Source: Candidatus Aldehydirespirator sp. (GTDB lineage Bacteria; Actinomycetota; Acidimicrobiia; Acidimicrobiales; Aldehydirespiratoraceae). Taken from it: DNA of 64,000 nucleotides. Shown here piece after piece: positions 26,831 through 34,453 of this stretch. The stretch spans positions 534,901-598,900 of the forward strand of contig OZ244866.1 in NCBI GenBank assembly GCA_965221185.1, written 5' to 3'. The position numbers were made by a program, and so were the translations under genes. How positions within the stretch are numbered: the first letter of the stretch is position 1; every line of letters begins with the position of its first letter. The notes beneath the pieces are model-generated. The model was not told the origin of the DNA, did not search any database, and saw nothing but the letters and a program-made list of their open reading frames with translations.

Positions 26831-27184
26831 TCAGCTGTGGTTCTCGACCGACCCATGGTGCGAGGATCGGCGGGCGGCGCGGGCGATTCGCCACATGATG
26901 AACCCGACTGCCGCCGCCACCGCGCCCAGGGTGACGAACTGGAGGCTCCCGCCCCGATCGCCGGACTGCTGGGGCTTGGGCCCGGCCTCGGGGGAGCCGA
27001 TGATCCGGTCGGCCCCGGGAGGCACCTCGTACACGGGCCCCAGATCGTCGCCCGTGTCGGCCGGGATGGGCTCGTCGTCGTCCTCATGGGCCCAGGCGCT
27101 GGCGTGGACCCCGAGTAACAGCGCGGCTGTCGCCATCAACAACGCGGCGCAGCGGCCCGCAGATTTGGGGAGCGGAGCTCTCAC
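26831..27184 (-). CDS. Small secreted, C-terminally membrane-anchored acidic protein (hypothetical)
   Basis: The GTG at 27184 overlaps the SDR stop (GTGA). The signal peptide is ..LLLGVHASAWA|HEDDDEP. The C-terminal TM is LQFVTLGAVAAAVGFIMW followed by RIARAARR. Confidence 0.5.
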   Translation of the reverse strand: MRAPLPKSAGRCAALLMATAALLLGVHASAWAHEDDDEPIPADTGDDLGPVYEVPPGADRIIGSPEAGPKPQQSGDRGGSLQFVTLGAVAAAVGFIMWRIARAARRSSHHGSVENHS

Positions 27185-27966
27185 GACTTGGGCCCGGGCC
27201 GGTATTGGGCGACCTCGCCGGTAGTGGCGAGGAGATAGGAGGGCACCTCCCCGCCGCCATGCACCGGCACCGACGCCCCCGACATGAACGACGCCATCGG
27301 GGAGGCGCAGAACAGCACGACATCGGCGATCTCCGCGGGATCCCCGAGGCGGCCGAGGGCGAGGGTTCGGCCCACGGCCTCGATCCCGGCCTCGTCGCCG
27401 TAGTACAGGTGGGCCTGTTCGGTGCGAAGCAGCCCGACCATGACGCTGAGCACCCGGATGGCCGGTCCCCATTCGTGGGCGAGGGTCTGGGTGAGGCTGT
27501 CGAGCCCGGCCTTGGCCGCTCCGTAGGCGGCCCCGGCGGGGGTCGGGCGGATGCTCGACACCGATGAGATGTTGATGATCACGCCTCCGGAATCCTGGGC
27601 GCTCATCACCGGGTGCACCGCCTGGGCGAAGGTCAGCGGGGCCAGCAGGTTGAGGGCGATCACCTTCTCGTTGAACCGGGGAGAGACCGTGGCGGTCTCC
27701 GCCGGCGGGGCGCCCCCGGCGTTGTTGACCAGCACGTCGATGCGGCCGGTGCGGCTGACGGCCCCGTCCACAACCGCGGCGACCTGCTCGGGGTCGCGCA
27801 CGTCGGCGGCCACGAAGACCGCGTCCCGTCCGGCTGCGGCCACAGGCTCGTCCGGCTCGCGCCGGGCGCACACGACCACATCGCCGCCGTGCTCGAGAAA
27901 CCTCGTGGCGATCACCCGTCCGAGTCCCATGGTGGCCCCGGTCACGATCACGGTTCGGCCGGTCAT
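27181..27966 (-). CDS. SDR-family oxidoreductase
   Basis: ATG at 27966 (MTGRTVIVTGATMGLGR..) within ORF 27181..29244. NNAG and YGAAK motifs are present. Confidence 0.8.
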   Translation of the reverse strand: MTGRTVIVTGATMGLGRVIATRFLEHGGDVVVCARREPDEPVAAAGRDAVFVAADVRDPEQVAAVVDGAVSRTGRIDVLVNNAGGAPPAETATVSPRFNEKVIALNLLAPLTFAQAVHPVMSAQDSGGVIINISSVSSIRPTPAGAAYGAAKAGLDSLTQTLAHEWGPAIRVLSVMVGLLRTEQAHLYYGDEAGIEAVGRTLALGRLGDPAEIADVVLFCASPMASFMSGASVPVHGGGEVPSYLLATTGEVAQYRPGPKS

Positions 27967-28038
27967 GTCGAGCGGATCGGTGTGCACGGGGCTCCCAGGG
28001 TTCCGTAAGCCGGGCGGTGCGACGCTATCGCCCCAAGG

Positions 28039-28083
28039 AATTGGCAGCGTCTTGCACGGCATGCGGGCATTCTGCTGCCAGTT
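28039..28083. promoter_or_regulatory. 10-bp inverted repeat AATTGGCAGC-N25-GCTGCCAGTT in the divergent SDR / ipdA-like intergenic region
   Basis: Direct reading shows 9 of 10 complementary positions. The repeat sits between divergent start codons at 27966 and 28126. Confidence 0.3.
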
Positions 28084-28125
28084 CGCCATCGGGTAGCGCG
28101 GCGGACCCCAGAGACGTACCGTCGA

Positions 28126-28992
28126 GTGGTGCCGGACAAACGGATGACCGAGGACGAGGTTGTCGCCGAACTCAGCGATGGCATGACCATCGGCATCGGC
28201 GGCTGGGGGTCGCGCCGCAAGCCGATGTCGCTGGTGCGGGCCATTCTGCGCAGCGGGCTTCAGGATCTGCACGTCGTGAGCTACGGCGGACCCGACGTGG
28301 GCTTGCTGTGCGCCGCGGGCCGGGTCCGCAAGCTCACCTACGGCTTCGTGTCGCTCGACTCCATCCCGCTTGAGCCGCACTTCCGGATCGCTCGCCAAAC
28401 CGGCTCCGTGGAGGCCCGCGAGTTCGACGAGGGCGCCTTCTACCTGGGCCTGCTGGCCGCGGTCCACCGGGTGCCCTTCTACCCGACCCGGGCCGGGCTC
28501 GCATCCGACATGCTGACCTACAACCCGGACCTCAAGACAGTGACGAGCCCCTACGGCGACGGCACCGAGTTGGTGGCTATTCCCGCCTTCGACATCGATG
28601 TGTCGCTGGTGCACATGAACCGGGCCGACGCGGCCGGAAACGGCCAGTTCCTCGGCCCCGACCTGTACTTCGACGACCTGTTCGCCATGGCTGCGGAGCG
28701 CACGTTCATGTCGTGCGAGCGACTGGTCCCCACTGAGCGCCTGCTGGATGAGGGCTCGATCCACACCCTGAAGATCCCCCGCCTGCACACCGACGGCGTG
28801 GTGGAGGCGCCCGGGGGCGCCCACTTCACCGAATGCCTGCCCGACTACGACCGAGACGAGGCCTTCCAGAGGGAGTACGCGGCGACGGCCCGCGATCCCG
28901 ACGCGTGGGCCCGGTTCCGGGCCGAATGGTTGGCCCTGCCGTCCCATGACGCCTACAGGGCCCGCCTGGCCGAGCGGGAGGCGACACGGTGA
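28126..28992 (+). CDS. ipdA: CoA-transferase subunit A (IpdA-like, glutaconate-CoA-transferase family)
   Basis: GMTIGIGGWGSRRKPMSLVRAILRS, VSYGGPDVGLLCAAG and EAPGGAHFT. The size and paired downstream B subunit match the actinobacterial steroid-ring IpdAB. The start could instead be the ATG at 28144. Confidence 0.65.
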   Translation: MVPDKRMTEDEVVAELSDGMTIGIGGWGSRRKPMSLVRAILRSGLQDLHVVSYGGPDVGLLCAAGRVRKLTYGFVSLDSIPLEPHFRIARQTGSVEAREFDEGAFYLGLLAAVHRVPFYPTRAGLASDMLTYNPDLKTVTSPYGDGTELVAIPAFDIDVSLVHMNRADAAGNGQFLGPDLYFDDLFAMAAERTFMSCERLVPTERLLDEGSIHTLKIPRLHTDGVVEAPGGAHFTECLPDYDRDEAFQREYAATARDPDAWARFRAEWLALPSHDAYRARLAEREATR

Positions 28993-29086
28993 GCGAATCG
29001 ATGTACGCCCACGTTGTCGGACCTGCGGGTGCGGATGAGACGCGCAATGCGACCATCGACGGCGACAGATCCGCGGGGGCGGCTCA

Positions 29087-29860
29087 ATGAGCGCGACCAT
29101 TGACGAGATCTGCCTCGTTGCGCTGGCTGAGGCCTTCCGGGGAGACGGCGAGCTGCTGTGCCATCCGATGGGTCCCTTCCCGGTGGCCGCGGGAAGGCTG
29201 GCGCGCGCCAGCTTCGAGCCCGACCTGATGCTCACCGACACCATCGCCTACGCGGTGGTCGGCACCCCGCCGCTGGGGGCGACCGTCCGTGTTCCCGGCG
29301 CGGCCGACGAGGCCCTGGTGGTCGAGGGCTACCTGCCGTTCCGCACGGTGTTCGACCAGATCTGGGCGGGTCGCCGCCATGTGGTTATGGGAGCCAGCCA
29401 GATCGACCGGCACGGCAACCAGAACTTCGCTGCCATCGGGGACTATCGGCGGCCCAAGGCCCAGCTCCTCGGTCTGCGGGGCGCGCCCGGGAACGTGATC
29501 AACCACACCACCAGCTACTGGATCCCCAACCAGGCTCGCACCTTCGTCGAGAGTGTGGACGTGGTGTCAGGGCCCGGCTATGACCGGGTAGCGGCGTTGC
29601 CCGAGCCCAGCGGACGGTTCCACGAGATACGCAGGGTCGTAACCGAGCTGGCCGCCTACGACTTCGAGACTCCCGATCGAACCATGCGCCTGCGATCCGT
29701 CCATCCCGGCGTCACCCTCGACGACATCCTCGCGGCCACCCCCTTCGAGTTGACCCTGCCCGACAATGTTCCAGCCAGCCGGCTCCCCACCGATGAGGAG
29801 CTCCACCTCATCCGCAACGTGATCGACCCCAACGGCATCCGCCAAGCCGAGTTCCGCTGA
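29087..29860 (+). CDS. ipdB: CoA-transferase subunit B (IpdB-like)
   Basis: 257 aa, paired with subunit A. It has GASQIDRHGNQN and LGLRGAPGN motifs. Confidence 0.65.
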   Translation: MSATIDEICLVALAEAFRGDGELLCHPMGPFPVAAGRLARASFEPDLMLTDTIAYAVVGTPPLGATVRVPGAADEALVVEGYLPFRTVFDQIWAGRRHVVMGASQIDRHGNQNFAAIGDYRRPKAQLLGLRGAPGNVINHTTSYWIPNQARTFVESVDVVSGPGYDRVAALPEPSGRFHEIRRVVTELAAYDFETPDRTMRLRSVHPGVTLDDILAATPFELTLPDNVPASRLPTDEELHLIRNVIDPNGIRQAEFR

Positions 29861-29894
29861 GCGCAGATCGAAACGGAAGGATACTGCAATCTAG

Positions 29895-29923
29895 TTGCCA
29901 TTCATACGGATTTATCGTAGACT
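29895..29923 (+). promoter_or_regulatory. Sigma-70/SigA-type promoter TTGCCA-N17-TAGACT, 7 nt upstream of the ATPase ATG (leaderless transcript predicted)
   Basis: Direct reading places the -35 at 29895-29900, a 17-nt spacer, the -10 at 29918-29923 and the ATG at 29931. There is no SD in between. Confidence 0.5.
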
Positions 29924-29930
29924 TGCTGCT

Positions 29931-31268
29931 ATGAGCGACAAAAACAAGGATAGTTCTGGCGTTAGCGCGCTCATATCGTTCACGGCGGAGAACGTGCGCT
30001 CCTACCGGGATGAGGTCCATTTCTCCCTTGAGGGAACGCGGCTGGCCGAGGAGGGTGTGATTCGCCACTTGCCCGTAGCGGGCAGGGCCAAGCCTGTGGC
30101 AGTTCTGCCCGCGGCCGGGATCTTCGGTGCCAATGCATCCGGCAAGTCGGCGCTCCTTAGAACTATGGCCGATATGCGCGACGTCGTGACGGGTTCGTTC
30201 CGTCGGGGCCATCGTGGAACGCGTCTACGTCGTCGGCCCTTCGTGCTCGACCCGGAGATGGCCGAGAGCCCGTCACGTTTCGAGATCGACTTAATCCTCC
30301 GAGGCGTCCGGTGGCGATATGGCTTCGCGATCGACGATTCGCGGGTGCTGAGAGAATACGCCTATCACGCTCCTCGCGGGCGCCCCGCGCTGGTGTTTCG
30401 TCGGGACGGCGATGACCTGGTGTTCGGGCCTCGGTTCCGCTCCTCGGGTCGTGCTCTGAAGAAGCTTCTGCGCGAGAATGCCTTGGTGTTGTCGGTAGCT
30501 GGTGCGGCCGGGGACGATTGGTTACACCCGCTCTTTTCTTGGTTCTCGGATAATCTCTGGCTAGCCGAGTCCGATAACCGCGACATTCGCACTACCTACA
30601 CGGGCCATCTCGTACAGTCAGACGAGTCGAGGGTCCGTGTCTTGGGCATGTTGAAGGCCGCAGACCTAGGGATAGAGGATGTGGAAATGGTCTCCTTGGA
30701 TCCTGAGGTCAAGGAACGCGTCGAGCGCGCCACACGGATTCTGCGTGGCATGGAAGACGACTCGGCTGGAGACGAAGAGTTCTTCATTCCTGACCTGATT
30801 GAACTCATGCATTCAACATCCCACGGGAATGTTGTAGTCGATCGCAATGATGAGTCTCAAGGCACGATGGTATGGGTTAGTCTCGTTGGTCCCGTGTTGG
30901 ATGCTTTGGATGAAGGAGAGACATTGCTGGTAGACGAACTTGACACTAGCCTCCATCCTCATCTTGTTCAACGCATAATTGATCTCTTTCAGAACGAGAC
31001 TACAAATCCGCACTGTGCTCAAATCATCTTCAATTCGCATGACACAAGTATTCTCGGCAATAGTGATGAACGATTCCTAAGCAGAGATCAGATTTGGTTC
31101 ACAGAGAAGGGTCTTGACGGTGCTTCGGTCCTGTACCCCCTATCGGACTTCAAGACCAGACGTGACGAAGCACTTGAAAGACGGTACCTCAATGGGCGTT
31201 ACGGAGGAATACCGGTACTTGATCACCTTGAATTCGAGCATGCTCTTGAGTCAAGCGTCTACAACTGA
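29931..31268 (+). CDS. ABC/SMC-like ATPase of the AAA_15/AAA_21 class (AbiLi / RloA / AriA-like)
   Basis: Walker A GANASGKS (30126-30149), signature-like ESQGT, Walker B LLVDELDTSLHP and H-loop FNSHD. There is a long insertion between the two ATPase lobes. The ATG at 29931 is preferred over the track TTG at 29895 because of the promoter geometry. Confidence 0.8.
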   Translation: MSDKNKDSSGVSALISFTAENVRSYRDEVHFSLEGTRLAEEGVIRHLPVAGRAKPVAVLPAAGIFGANASGKSALLRTMADMRDVVTGSFRRGHRGTRLRRRPFVLDPEMAESPSRFEIDLILRGVRWRYGFAIDDSRVLREYAYHAPRGRPALVFRRDGDDLVFGPRFRSSGRALKKLLRENALVLSVAGAAGDDWLHPLFSWFSDNLWLAESDNRDIRTTYTGHLVQSDESRVRVLGMLKAADLGIEDVEMVSLDPEVKERVERATRILRGMEDDSAGDEEFFIPDLIELMHSTSHGNVVVDRNDESQGTMVWVSLVGPVLDALDEGETLLVDELDTSLHPHLVQRIIDLFQNETTNPHCAQIIFNSHDTSILGNSDERFLSRDQIWFTEKGLDGASVLYPLSDFKTRRDEALERRYLNGRYGGIPVLDHLEFEHALESSVYN

Positions 31269-31879
31269 TGGCCAGATCAACGGCACGGAAGCCTAAGGGC
31301 CTCAATCAAAGAAAGGTTATTCTAGTACTTACTGAAGGCACCGTTACCGAACGTCAGTACTTAAAATATATGCAGAAGGTGGCGCCGGGAAGCTGCCGTG
31401 CGCATCTAAAGCTCGGGTCAGCAGAATCTGACCCTATCAAGCTTGTGAACAAGGCTGTTCGTCAATTGGCATATGACAAGCGTCGGAAGGACGGACGCAC
31501 CTTCGATGAGATATGGTGCGTCTGTGATTATGATGCCCATTTCAAACACCCTTATGATTTGTTGACGCTATTGAATCATGCATCTAGTCGCGACATCAAT
31601 GTTGCAGTCTCCAATCCCTGTTTCGAGTTATGGCTAGTACTTCATTATCAAGCTGTAACTGGCACAGTTCACCGACATGCCATACAAAGGATTGCGGATA
31701 AGCTGAAACTTCTTAACGACAAGAGAATTCGAGACGTTACCCTGTCTAGACTGCCAAGGGACTATGCGGTAGCAAGACAACACGCCAAGGCACTAAGGGT
31801 TCGACATCAACACAATGGCAATCATGAAACATCTAACCCGAGTACGGCTGTTTGGGAACTTGTAGACGAGATCCGGTAG
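31268..31879 (+). CDS. RloB-like (Toprim-related) protein, AbiLii-like putative nuclease effector
   Basis: VILVLTEGTVTERQYL, IWCVCDYDAH and VAVSNPCFELWLVLHY match the RloB family signature. The start overlaps the ATPase stop (TGATG). Confidence 0.8.
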   Translation: MARSTARKPKGLNQRKVILVLTEGTVTERQYLKYMQKVAPGSCRAHLKLGSAESDPIKLVNKAVRQLAYDKRRKDGRTFDEIWCVCDYDAHFKHPYDLLTLLNHASSRDINVAVSNPCFELWLVLHYQAVTGTVHRHAIQRIADKLKLLNDKRIRDVTLSRLPRDYAVARQHAKALRVRHQHNGNHETSNPSTAVWELVDEIR

Positions 31880-31902
31880 CAGAATAGGTAACCCTATTTC
31901 TG
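31880..31902 (+). terminator. Hairpin CAGAATAGG-TAAC-CCTATTTCTG immediately after the rloB-like stop
   Basis: Direct reading shows a 9-bp stem with one bulged base and a 4-nt loop. There is no clear U-tract. Confidence 0.4.
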
Positions 31903-31924
31903 ATCAAGGGCGAGCTGACCGTGG

Positions 31925-32470
31925 GTGACGATGATGGGTGAGCGGCCGGTGGTGTACATGGTGTGCACTGGCAACGCGGCCCGCTCGCCGATGGCGGCGG
32001 CCATGCTGCGGGACCTCGACGCCGGCAGCAGGATCGACGTTCGCAGCGCGGGTGTCCTCGCGCTCGAGGGCCACCCCATGAGCGTCCGCACCCGTACAGC
32101 CTTGGCTCGACACGGGCTCGTCGATCACTCCCACCGATCCCGGCAGTTCCGCGCTAAGGATGCTGTCGAAGCCGACCTGGTGGTGGTCATGGAACCGCTG
32201 CACCTGCACTGGATGCGGCGAAATCTCCCTGAAGCGGCGTCCATCACCGGGTCGCTGCGGCGGCTGGCGCGGGATCTGGCCCCACCGCCGGGCGATTCCC
32301 ATGCCAACGATCTGGGCACCAGGGTCCGGGCTCTCAAACTTGGCGAGCTAACGCCCGAGCCATGGGAGGAGGTGGTCGATCCGGGCGCGGGCGAGCAGGA
32401 CGACTTCGACCGCTGCTCCGACGAGTTGCGCATGCTGGTGACCGAATTGCATCGACGCCTGGGACGATGA
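31925..32470 (+). CDS. Low-molecular-weight protein-tyrosine phosphatase / ArsC-type phosphatase family
   Basis: P-loop VCTGNAARS (CX5R-S) near the N-terminus, and an Asp in the ..VVDPGAGEQDDF region. Confidence 0.7.
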   Translation: MTMMGERPVVYMVCTGNAARSPMAAAMLRDLDAGSRIDVRSAGVLALEGHPMSVRTRTALARHGLVDHSHRSRQFRAKDAVEADLVVVMEPLHLHWMRRNLPEAASITGSLRRLARDLAPPPGDSHANDLGTRVRALKLGELTPEPWEEVVDPGAGEQDDFDRCSDELRMLVTELHRRLGR

Positions 32471-32489
32471 GCCCGATGCGTCTGGACGG

Positions 32490-33215
32490 GTGGGCCCGGG
32501 CGTGAGCGGCCGGCCCTATCGGCGAGACTGTCTGGTGGTCAGCCTGGCGGTCGGGGTGATCGGCGTGACCTTCGGGGTGTTCGCCGACGCGGCCGGCTTC
32601 GACCTGGCCCAGATCGTGGTGATGTCGGCGCTGGTGTTCACCGGGGCGTCACAGTTCGCGGCCGTGGGCGTCATTGACGACGGCGGATCCGGCGGGGCCG
32701 CTGTCGGCTCGGCGCTGCTGCTCGCGGTCCGCAATGCGCTCTACGGGCCGGTGGCGCGGCGGGCTCTTCCGTTCTCGATGCTGGCCCGGCTGGGCTCGGC
32801 CCACTTCGTGATCGACGAGACCACCGCCATGGCGGCCGCCCAGGACGACAGCAGGGACGCACGGGGCGCCTTCTGGTTCACGGCCGTGACGTTGTGGCTG
32901 TGCTGGAACGGGGGCTCGATCGCTGGAGCGCTGCTCGGAGCAGTGCTGGGAGAGCCTGAGACCTGGGGGCTCGACGCCGCCTTCCCGGCGATGTTCGTGG
33001 CCCTGCAGGCCCCCCATGTGCGCACCGCTGCCGGTAGGACGGCGGCGGGGGTCGCGGCCGCAGTGGCGCTGGGCGCGGTGCCGGTCACTGCATCGGGCAT
33101 TCCGATCCTGCTGGCCGTGTCAGCTCTGATTCCAGCGGTGCTCGTCCAGCGGCGCCGGGCTCAGGCCCGACAAGATGTGGATCCGGCATCCGACGACCCG
33201 GAGAGGGCGTCGTGA
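32490..33215 (+). CDS. azlC: AzlC-family branched-chain amino acid exporter subunit
   Basis: LVFTGASQFAAVG and LLLAVRNALYG motifs. It is polytopic and paired with azlD. Confidence 0.75.
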   Translation: MGPGVSGRPYRRDCLVVSLAVGVIGVTFGVFADAAGFDLAQIVVMSALVFTGASQFAAVGVIDDGGSGGAAVGSALLLAVRNALYGPVARRALPFSMLARLGSAHFVIDETTAMAAAQDDSRDARGAFWFTAVTLWLCWNGGSIAGALLGAVLGEPETWGLDAAFPAMFVALQAPHVRTAAGRTAAGVAAAVALGAVPVTASGIPILLAVSALIPAVLVQRRRAQARQDVDPASDDPERAS

Positions 33216-33511
33216 GCTGGCCCCTGCTAGTACTGCTGGTGGCCGGCTCCTACGGCCTCAAGGCTCTGGGGGTGACGACGCTGGGGGGCATCGTCGAGCG
33301 GAGGTTCGGGCCGGTGGTGTCGCTGCTACCGGCCGCGCTGTTCTCGGCGCTCATCGTGGTGATGACCTTCGAGGAAGCAGGCGACTTGGTGTTCGACTCC
33401 CGCCTGGCCGGGGTGGCGGTCGGCGCGGTGGCCGCCTGGCGCAAGGCGCCGTTGCTGGTGGTGGTAGCTGTCGCCATGGTCGCCACCGCCGGCCTGCGAG
33501 TATTCATGTGA
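33212..33511 (+). CDS. azlD: AzlD-family small membrane subunit
   Basis: 99-aa hydrophobic protein with a 4-nt overlap with azlC. Confidence 0.7.
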   Translation: MSWPLLVLLVAGSYGLKALGVTTLGGIVERRFGPVVSLLPAALFSALIVVMTFEEAGDLVFDSRLAGVAVGAVAAWRKAPLLVVVAVAMVATAGLRVFM

Positions 33512-33544
33512 CCGGTGGCGCCGACATGACCACGCGGTGGGTTG

Positions 33545-34342
33545 TCACATCGTGAACGTGCGGGGCCAGGCGTCGGAGCGCATCAGGGCGTCGGTTCCGC
33601 CGTCGACGTAGATCACCGATCCGCATGCGAACCGAGCGGGGGCAGACAGCAGGAAGCTCACCCACTCGGCCAGCGTGTCGGCATCCGGCGTCTCGGTCAC
33701 CGGCACGGGGAACGCCTCCATGAGCGGCCCGTAGACCTCGTCGGCCTGGCCCGCTCGCAGCAGCGGGGTGTCAACCGGCCCGGGGGCGATCACATTGAGC
33801 CTTATCCCTTGGCCCACCCACTCCGGGGTGACCGCGGCCCGCCGACACCACCGGGTGATGGCCAGCTTGGCGCCGCCGTAGGCGATGGCCGGGGCGAACA
33901 CCGGATCGACCGTCTCGATGATCGCCACCGCGCCGTCTTCACGACCTTCTAGGTAGGCGGCCACCAAGTCGTCAGGCAGGTTGGGAGTAGTGGTGGCCGA
34001 GTTCGACCCGAACTGCACCACCTGGGCTCCGCCCGAAGCGGCTAGCGCAGGCCGCAACCCGTCGAGCAGGGCCTGAGAGCCGAAGTAGTTGACCCTGGCG
34101 ATGAGTTCGCCGGCCACGGGCGGACCGAGACCCGCAGCCGACACGGCGCCGTCGAGCACTCCGCCCGCGGCGTCGACGACGGCCGCGACGGCTCCGGCTC
34201 GACCCTGCGCGGTTCCCAGGTCGGCGATCACCTCGGCGTCGCGAAGGTCGATACCGATGACTTCGTGCCCAGCAGACTCCAGCCTGCGCCGCGTGGCCGC
34301 GCCCATGCCCGAAGCCGAGCCGCTGATTGCGTAGGTGCCCAT
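33545..34342 (-). CDS. SDR-family oxidoreductase (3-alpha-hydroxysteroid dehydrogenase-like, atypical glycine motif)
   Basis: ATG at 34342 (MGTYAISGSASGMGAAT..) within ORF 33545..34975. It has a YGGAK catalytic motif. Confidence 0.7.
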   Translation of the reverse strand: MGTYAISGSASGMGAATRRRLESAGHEVIGIDLRDAEVIADLGTAQGRAGAVAAVVDAAGGVLDGAVSAAGLGPPVAGELIARVNYFGSQALLDGLRPALAASGGAQVVQFGSNSATTTPNLPDDLVAAYLEGREDGAVAIIETVDPVFAPAIAYGGAKLAITRWCRRAAVTPEWVGQGIRLNVIAPGPVDTPLLRAGQADEVYGPLMEAFPVPVTETPDADTLAEWVSFLLSAPARFACGSVIYVDGGTDALMRSDAWPRTFTM

Positions 34343-34453
34343 GCGTCCATCCTGCCCCAGCAACCGCGCCGATTGGTGCCCCGGCTGATCCGCTCGGCCT
34401 CTTGGCCTGCGCCGGGGTGTCGCGACCGGGCGGCTCAGGGCCAGAATGGGGCC

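Larger units (their letters stand above)
29861..31924. other. Low-GC islet (horizontally acquired two-gene defence-type module, no mobility genes)
   Basis: Hand GC counts on 60-nt lines are about 75% at 29701. Inside the islet they fall to 63% (30001), 45% (30781), 37% (31021) and 40% (31321). High GC resumes from about 31925. Confidence 0.8.

Noticed and set aside
26831-27871. The 346-aa ORF overlapping the SDR gene on the same strand
   Set aside because: Only its last 117 codons (from the GTG at 27184) have protein-like features (signal peptide, TM anchor). The remainder is an out-of-frame shadow of the SDR gene at 27181..27966.
29861-31924. The low-GC islet as a prophage remnant, IS element or integrative element
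   Set aside because: I found no integrase, transposase or recombinase ORF, no terminal inverted repeats and no flanking direct repeats or tRNA. Only the two defence-type genes, a promoter and a hairpin are present. The mechanism of acquisition remains unknown.
31925-32470. The LMW phosphatase gene as a third component of the defence cassette
   Set aside because: Its GC content and codon usage match the host background. It has its own start 45 nt after the hairpin at 31880-31902, so it is more likely the native right flank.
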